From Microcystis aeruginosa NIES-2549 (GTDB lineage Bacteria > Cyanobacteriota > Cyanobacteriia > Cyanobacteriales > Microcystaceae): a stretch of DNA of 32,000 nucleotides. The translations under genes were made by a program, and so were the position numbers. Each line of letters opens with the position of its first letter. Positions within the stretch are counted from its first letter, which is position 1. Under the pieces are notes generated by a model, which saw only the letters and a list, made by a program, of their open reading frames with translations, did no database searches and was not told the origin of the DNA. The stretch is from positions 3,030,001 to 3,062,000 of the forward strand of contig NZ_CP011304.1 of the NCBI RefSeq assembly GCF_000981785.2, written 5' to 3'. This document shows, in pieces, positions 26,521-32,000 of this stretch.

Positions 26521-26625
26521 TAAAAAACCCCGGTGTGCAAGAGAGATTAAATTGTAGGAGAAATCCAATCATGAGGATTTTAGTCTGGTTTCCCTCTCTC
26601 GCTCCGGAGTGAGAGAATAGTCATA
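26520..26625 (+). repeat. Structured ~105-nt repeat, copy 2 (ends about 105 nt upstream of the 26730 CDS)
   Basis: Aligns with 25599-25703. The outer stem here is GCAAGAGAG/CTCTCTCGC. Confidence 0.85.
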
Positions 26626-26729
26626 ATTAGTTTTTTTGTCCCAATCGAGAGTATTTTCTGAGATAGATCATTGCCGATCTAGGGATAAAAAACAGTAATT
26701 TCGTCCGATATAACCTTTTATTTGCCCCT

Positions 26730-27203
26730 ATGACTGTCAAAATCGCTCTTAACCCCAATCAAATCCAAAATCTCGATCTTTCATCTTTAGAGACTATTAT
26801 TCAAGATTATCAGTCGCGAGCAGCGATCGCCGAACTGGAACAAGCTCTACAATTAGAGATAGATTATCCTCGTGCGGAGGGTGATATGCGGGAATTATCG
26901 GAGATACCAGAAGTCAGGCTATGGTTTTTGCGTTTAGATGCGATTTATCCCTGGTTAATCTTTATTCTTGACCCAAAACATGGAGAAATCGCCCGTTATG
27001 CTGCTATGTTAGTCCCCCATCAATTCCATCGCGGGGAAGGAATTCAATATAACCCCGAAGCTTTAGAGATTTTTGTGATGCAAAAACTCTTTATTTTGTC
27101 TGATTGGCTGAAAAGTCAGCAAATTCCTGCTTTATCTCGCTTAAAATTTTTCGCTCAACAGTTTGGTTACGATATCGACGAGGAATTTCTCTCTAGTCTC
27201 TAA
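26730..27203 (+). CDS. Conserved cyanobacterial hypothetical protein (possibly a CRR6/DUF1817-like NDH-1 assembly factor)
   Basis: 157 aa soluble ORF lying 95 bp upstream of ispH on the same strand. The family assignment is from memory of the RELSEIPEVRLWF...ARYAAMLVPHQF pattern and is unverified. Confidence 0.6.
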   Translation: MTVKIALNPNQIQNLDLSSLETIIQDYQSRAAIAELEQALQLEIDYPRAEGDMRELSEIPEVRLWFLRLDAIYPWLIFILDPKHGEIARYAAMLVPHQFHRGEGIQYNPEALEIFVMQKLFILSDWLKSQQIPALSRLKFFAQQFGYDIDEEFLSSL

Positions 27204-27297
27204 AAGCCTCCTGGGCTGACTAGATAAGGTATCTTTAATATATGACAAGCTACTGTCTCACCCAATTTAGCGCCACCAATACCCCTATCAGAGAATC

Positions 27298-28506
27298 ATG
27301 GATACAAAATCCTTTAAACGTACCCTACAGCAATCGGATAACTATAACCGCAAGGGATTCGGTCATAAAGAGGAAGTAATGGATGCGATGACCAATGAGT
27401 ATCAAAGCGACCTGATCCAAAAAATTCGTGAAAATAATTATCGTTTAGAACGGGGGGACGTGACTATCTATCTCGCTCAAGCTTTTGGTTTTTGTTGGGG
27501 GGTAGAACGCGCTGTTGCTATGGCCTACGAAACTCGTCAACATTTTCCCCAGGAACGTCTCTGGATTACTAACGAAATTATTCACAATCCCTCGGTTAAT
27601 CAGCGTCTGCGCTCCATGGCCGTGGGTTTTATTCCGGTGGAAAATGGCCAAAAAGACTTTACTGTGGTGGAATCGGGGGATGTGGTGATTTTACCTGCTT
27701 TTGGGGCTAGTGTCTCGGAAATGCAAATACTTAACGATAAGGGTTGCATGATTGTGGACACCACTTGTCCCTGGGTTTCTAAGGTGTGGAATTCCGTGGA
27801 AAAGCACAAAAAAAGCGACCACACTTCGATTATTCACGGCAAATATAATCACGAAGAAACGATCGCCACTAGCTCTTTTGCCGGCACTTATCTAATCGTT
27901 TTAAATTTGGCTCAAGCTAATTATGTCGCTAATTATATTCTCCACGGTGGCGATAAAAACGAGTTTTTAGAGAAGTTTAAAAATGCTCATTCCCAGGGTT
28001 TCGATCCCGATCGCGATCTAGATTATATCGGTATTGCCAATCAAACCACGATGCTGAAAAGTGAAACGGAGGAAATTGGCAAACTCTTCGAGCATACTAT
28101 GTTGAGAAAGTACGGACCGATCGATTTTAAAGATCATTTCATGAGTTTTAATACCATCTGTGATGCCACTCAAGAGCGTCAAGATGCCATGTTTGAACTG
28201 GTGAAAGAACCGCTTTCTTTAATGGTGGTAATTGGCGGTTATAATTCCTCTAATACCACTCATCTACAGGAAATAGCGATCGAGCGTGCCATTCCCTCCT
28301 ATCATATCGATAGTGCCGAGCGCATTCTCCCCGGTAATCGCATCGAACATAAACCTTTAGGTGGCGATTTAATTATCACCGATAACTGGTTAAATGAGGG
28401 AAAAATTGTCGTCGGAGTAACTTCCGGTGCTTCCACTCCCGATAAGGTGGTAGAAGAGGTAATCGAGAAAATTTTTGCGCTCAAATCTTCTTTAGTCCCC
28501 GGTTAA
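27298..28506 (+). CDS. ispH: 4-hydroxy-3-methylbut-2-enyl diphosphate reductase
   Basis: 402 aa long cyanobacterial/plant-type IspH. Cys ligand contexts [18 protein letters not shown] and NTICDAT. Confidence 0.92.
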   Translation: MDTKSFKRTLQQSDNYNRKGFGHKEEVMDAMTNEYQSDLIQKIRENNYRLERGDVTIYLAQAFGFCWGVERAVAMAYETRQHFPQERLWITNEIIHNPSVNQRLRSMAVGFIPVENGQKDFTVVESGDVVILPAFGASVSEMQILNDKGCMIVDTTCPWVSKVWNSVEKHKKSDHTSIIHGKYNHEETIATSSFAGTYLIVLNLAQANYVANYILHGGDKNEFLEKFKNAHSQGFDPDRDLDYIGIANQTTMLKSETEEIGKLFEHTMLRKYGPIDFKDHFMSFNTICDATQERQDAMFELVKEPLSLMVVIGGYNSSNTTHLQEIAIERAIPSYHIDSAERILPGNRIEHKPLGGDLIITDNWLNEGKIVVGVTSGASTPDKVVEEVIEKIFALKSSLVPG

Positions 28507-28704
28507 TTAGCCTAGGTATGTTAGCCTTTGGCAATGGCTGCATCTCAATTTTGGAGAAATATCTATGGCTCACCATCAGTTATTTTTATCCGTGGGATTG
28601 CTGACAAATTGACCTTTGGGTTAATCATTATCAGTAGAACCGTTCGGCTCTTCTTGTTGGGTGTATCTCACATTTGCAGAAATACCGACTATCAGCAATT
28701 ATCA

Positions 28705-28870
28705 GTGACTTTTAAATTATCACAGATATATCAGCAGCCGTCTGTAAGCATCCCACCGAAAAACTAATGCGCTCCGGGGTTTGGGGACGGCGCTTGCGTC
28801 CCCAACGGGGGGTTTGGGGGGTAGAACCCCCCAAAAGCTTGGATTGAGTGATAAAATCGAAAGTAACGCC
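28705..28870 (+). repeat. Dual GC-hairpin repeat element, copy B
   Basis: Aligns with 5481-5640. Hairpin 1 is 28781-28789/28797-28805 and hairpin 2 is 28813-28821/28827-28835. Confidence 0.85.
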
Positions 28871-28974
28871 CGACTTTAGCAGAAAGTTTCCCCTTAAAAA
28901 TCCCAACTTAGTGGATTTACAAAAATGAGATGTAGCCTTCTCGTTTCTGTCTGGAAGTAAGGTTCTATATTTTC

Positions 28975-29160
28975 CTAAAAACGGCGGGTTTTATCGATTC
29001 CGTAGATAATTCCCGTCACCACGGAAGAGAGAATCAATAACAAAATTAATCCTCCGGGTAAAAAAGATAATATTCCCATGCCGCGCAATATATAAACTAA
29101 CACAGTCACTAATAGGAAACCGAAAAAAAGAGACTTTAAATAACTAGAATTTGAGCGCAT
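28975..29160 (-). CDS. Small two-helix membrane protein (61 aa)
   Basis: Two clear hydrophobic helices. Separated by 4 bp from the upstream 281 aa gene on the same strand. No known domain recognised. Confidence 0.5.
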   Translation of the reverse strand: MRSNSSYLKSLFFGFLLVTVLVYILRGMGILSFLPGGLILLLILSSVVTGIIYGIDKTRRF

Positions 29161-29164
29161 TTAC

Positions 29165-30010
29165 TTAGATTAACACTTCCTCTTGAGTTAAGTTTAACTT
29201 TTCGGCAATCATTGCCAGGATTTTTTCTTCCCTTTTTCCGTTACTGATAGATTCCAGTAAACGGCTATTTAGAATGATTTTTTCCCCGTTCGCTAGAGTT
29301 AAAATAATCCTCCAGTAATTAGACCACAAAAAGCCTTTGTAATCTTCTACCTTTGCCTCAACAATTCTCTCTAGAAGATAATCACTTTTACTTCTAAAAA
29401 TTAAATGTTGTCGCCTACGGGTTAGGGTAGCGTTGCCTTGATTAAAGACATAACTCTCCCAATAGCTGGCATCATAAAGTAACAATAGACCAGACAATAA
29501 GCATAACATACCCCAGAGATAATAGGGATAATTATGATGCTGTTCTAGCATTGCTGACAAGGTATCTAGGGGACTTTTGGCAATAATTCCCCGATTTTGA
29601 TATCTATTCACAAAACTATCAAATCGAGTTTTAAAATTACTAGCTGACTGCACATCCCGAAAATTCTCGATGTAGAGATAGTTATTTCTTCCGACCAATA
29701 AAACCGTGTTATTAACAGTTTTTTTCTGCTCAACACTGATAAAAACTTCTTGATAGACAGCCGTGGCTTTAATGTGAGTTAAAGAAAAATTTTCCCGACT
29801 AGAAACAGGAAAATTATACTCTTGAACATATTTACAATCTATCCTTTTTGTGCCTAACCTAATGCAGTCGAGATAAGCGCGCTGGAAAGAAACCAAATAT
29901 GCTAAAAACAGCAAGGGAACCCCAGCGAGAAAAAAACCCAGAAAAGGACGATATTTAGGAGCCTTATTCTCTAACAAGAGTGTAGTCAGCGTTTTTTGCT
30001 TAACTCGCAT
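29165..30010 (-). CDS. Hypothetical membrane protein (281 aa, two predicted TM helices)
   Basis: TM segments FLGFFLAGVPLLFLAYLVSF and LWGMLCLLSGLLLLY. No motif recognised. Confidence 0.65.
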   Translation of the reverse strand: MRVKQKTLTTLLLENKAPKYRPFLGFFLAGVPLLFLAYLVSFQRAYLDCIRLGTKRIDCKYVQEYNFPVSSRENFSLTHIKATAVYQEVFISVEQKKTVNNTVLLVGRNNYLYIENFRDVQSASNFKTRFDSFVNRYQNRGIIAKSPLDTLSAMLEQHHNYPYYLWGMLCLLSGLLLLYDASYWESYVFNQGNATLTRRRQHLIFRSKSDYLLERIVEAKVEDYKGFLWSNYWRIILTLANGEKIILNSRLLESISNGKREEKILAMIAEKLNLTQEEVLI

Positions 30011-30475
30011 AGGAAACCCTACAGGTACTTTGTTCTAATTGTACTACAGCTTTTTTCAGTATCCTTATCCTTCTGAGGATTGATTTATTTAATCTGCTGA
30101 CGGGGAAAATTGTAATGATTATTCACGAAAATCCTACATCGGTCTCTAGACTGCCTCTATCTTGACCCTTTTTGTCCCGGTTTGCCACGGTAAAACCCTG
30201 TTTATCGAGTTTTTGTAAAGCTTTGGCGGTTTTTGTTTATTGTTTGTATTTAAATTAAATATATAAACAAAGCTGTTTTTATAAGTTTTTATCAATTTCA
30301 GAGACTCTATAAGCTCTAAAAAATTATATAAATAATTTTTACTCTTTTAATCTCACTCTAGCTATAGCAGACAAAAATTGAGCCTCTTTCCAAGGAGTGG
30401 GGAGATGGTCAATAATTGCGATCAAAGCAATGATAAACAAACTCACCATTCAAGCGCACATTTAGGAGAACTTCC

Positions 30476-31345
30476 ATGCCTTTAACACTCGCAGTCTACG
30501 GAAAAGGTGGCATCGGTAAATCGACAACAAGCTGTAATATTTCGGCCGCTTTAGCCAAAAGAGGTAAAAAAGTCCTACAAATAGGCTGTGATCCCAAGCA
30601 TGATAGCACTTTCACCCTGACAGGCTTTCTTATTCCCACAATCATCGATACCCTGCAAGAAAAAGATTTTCACTACGAAGACATCTGGCCCGAAGACGTT
30701 ATCTATGAGGGTTACGGTGGTGTCAAATGTGTGGAAGCAGGTGGCCCTCCGGCCGGTGCCGGTTGTGGCGGTTACGTCGTCGGGGAAACGGTAAAATTAT
30801 TAAAAGAATTGAACGCTTTTGATGAATTTGACGTGATTTTGTTCGATGTTTTGGGGGATGTGGTCTGTGGAGGATTTGCCGCACCCTTAAATTACGCCGA
30901 TTACTGCATAATTGTCACAGATAACGGCTTTGATGCTCTTTTTGCCGCCAATCGCATCGCTGCTTCCGTCCGCGAAAAAGCGCGCACCCATCCCCTGCGA
31001 CTAGCCGGATTAATTGGTAATCGCACCTCAAAACGCGATTTAATTAATAAATATGTAGATCATGTTCCCATGCCAGTGTTAGAAGTTTTACCCTTAATTG
31101 AAGATATTCGCGTCTCCAGAGTTAAAGGTCAAACTCTCTTTGAAATGGCCGACAAGGATCCGATGTTAAGTTATGTTTGTGAATATTATCTCAACATTGC
31201 CGATCAGATTTTAGCCAAACCAGAAGGAGTTATTCCCAAAGAATCTGCCGACCGGGAATTATTCACTTTATTATCGGATTTCTATCTTAATGCCGATAAA
31301 CCCAAAGTTAACGCCGAGGAAGAATTAGACCTGATGATGGTTTAG
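30476..31345 (+). CDS. chlL: Light-independent protochlorophyllide reductase, iron-sulfur ATP-binding subunit
   Basis: [11 protein letters not shown]-loop and NifH-like cluster cysteines ([21 protein letters not shown]). AGGAG RBS 8 nt upstream. Confidence 0.95.
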   Translation: MPLTLAVYGKGGIGKSTTSCNISAALAKRGKKVLQIGCDPKHDSTFTLTGFLIPTIIDTLQEKDFHYEDIWPEDVIYEGYGGVKCVEAGGPPAGAGCGGYVVGETVKLLKELNAFDEFDVILFDVLGDVVCGGFAAPLNYADYCIIVTDNGFDALFAANRIAASVREKARTHPLRLAGLIGNRTSKRDLINKYVDHVPMPVLEVLPLIEDIRVSRVKGQTLFEMADKDPMLSYVCEYYLNIADQILAKPEGVIPKESADRELFTLLSDFYLNADKPKVNAEEELDLMMV

Positions 31346-31356
31346 ATTATTTTGTC

Positions 31357-31384
31357 GGGTGGGTTAGGGACAGCGTAACCCACC
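31357..31384. repeat. Hairpin GGTGGGTTA-N9-TAACCCACC immediately after chlL
   Basis: 9-bp perfect stem, read directly. Confidence 0.75.
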
Positions 31385-31408
31385 AATAACCACCAATAAC
31401 CACCAATA
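31378..31408. repeat. Decamer tandem repeat (ACCACCAATA)x3
   Basis: Read directly (CCACCAATAACCACCAATAACCACCAATAA). Confidence 0.9.
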
Positions 31409-31420
31409 AACTCTTTTTAT

Positions 31421-31487
31421 GGGTGGGTTACGGCGAAGAATTAACTTATTAGTTAATAGCCTAACTTATCGTCGCCTAACCCACCCT
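31421..31487. repeat. Palindromic GGGTGGGTTACGGCGA ... TCGCCTAACCCACCC element
   Basis: Inverted termini were read directly. Same family as 13637-13702. Confidence 0.7.
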
Positions 31488-31583
31488 ACCCACGAATTTT
31501 ATCGAGGACTCGATGATGATAATTTTTCCCTCTCATTGGGAATTCTAATAGAGAGAACATTATTATTCAGTCAAGGGGACAAA

Positions 31584-32000
31584 ATGAGCAACTTTGAGGA
31601 ATTAAAAGCCAGCTTACCGAGGCGATGGTTAGATTACTACCAAAATAATCAAGCTTGGATTAAGTGTTTAATGAATTCCAGAGGTTCGTGGCGAAAAACT
31701 CCCGACGGTGGTAAACGTCCTAGTGCTGACATAATTATAGCGGCAGCAACAGCTTTAGAACCTAAGTTATCAGTGTGGATGTATCCCTTTTGTCAACTTA
31801 GTTCCGATGGGGACAAACTGGTAGAAGTCTTAGGACTAAATTTTGATTCTGAAAAAAAGGAGTTGGAAAAATCGGAAAAAGAATTACTGATTTCTAATTC
31901 GCACACTGAATATCTCAACGGATTCCGAGAAAAACAATTATCAGTGGAAAAAAACAAAGTAATTATTTTTGAGGAATTGCTAAAAATCTTACCAGATAAA
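31584..32000 (+). CDS. Hypothetical protein, N-terminal part (runs off the right edge)
   Basis: I translated from the ATG at 31584 (MSNFEELKASLPRRWLDYYQNNQAWIKCLMNS...). The frame stays open for 139 codons to the window end. It is absent from the ORF track, presumably because no stop lies in the window. Confidence 0.5.
   Translation, partial: MSNFEELKASLPRRWLDYYQNNQAWIKCLMNSRGSWRKTPDGGKRPSADIIIAAATALEPKLSVWMYPFCQLSSDGDKLVEVLGLNFDSEKKELEKSEKELLISNSHTEYLNGFREKQLSVEKNKVIIFEELLKILPDK

Noticed and set aside
25599-26625. DGR template/variable repeat pair
   Set aside because: Several differences are A in copy 2 versus G in copy 1. Others, however, are C/T changes, a G/A change in the opposite direction, and an indel. 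No reverse transcriptase is present in the window and neither copy lies in a coding region.

Overview
The window reads as a cyanobacterial chromosome segment. HIP1 octamers GCGATCGC occur at 2440-2447 and 2860-2867, there are many heptanucleotide tandem repeats, and chlL plus a dnaK/dnaJ pair are present. The gene content and repeat style look Microcystis-like, but that assignment is from memory and is not verified.

About 27 protein-coding genes are supported, and most are housekeeping:
- DNA, RNA and nucleotide metabolism: recA, ndk, pyrD, an RluA-type pseudouridine synthase.
- Chaperones: dnaK and a J-protein.
- Cofactor and pigment pathways: folC, birA, ispH, chlL, a cysteine desulfurase, a ComB-like phosphatase.
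- Other enzymes and transport: an M23 peptidase, two tandem histidine-phosphatase paralogs, an aldo/keto reductase, a BASS transporter.

I recognised no rRNA, tRNA or CRISPR array.

The unusual content lies in the intergenic DNA rather than in any multi-gene protein system:
1. A tnpB-only IS element at 19.3-20.6 kb has an intact RuvC triad and a predicted omega-RNA.
2. A second, orphan homolog of that right end / omega-RNA sits alone upstream of ndk (about 7420-7598). Its hairpins keep their pairing with different sequence.
3. A mosaic of repeats follows tnpB, including three copies of a 190-245 bp unit that carries a near-consensus promoter.
4. Two roughly 105-nt direct repeats with compensatory stem changes bracket a decayed ABC-ATPase gene.
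5. Several MITE or palindromic element families are present. One forms an inverted pair bracketing dnaK through folC.

I did not find a convincing novel multi-gene protein system. The RNA and repeat-level candidates are the items most worth following up, and all of them need genome-wide comparison and transcript data that I cannot produce here.
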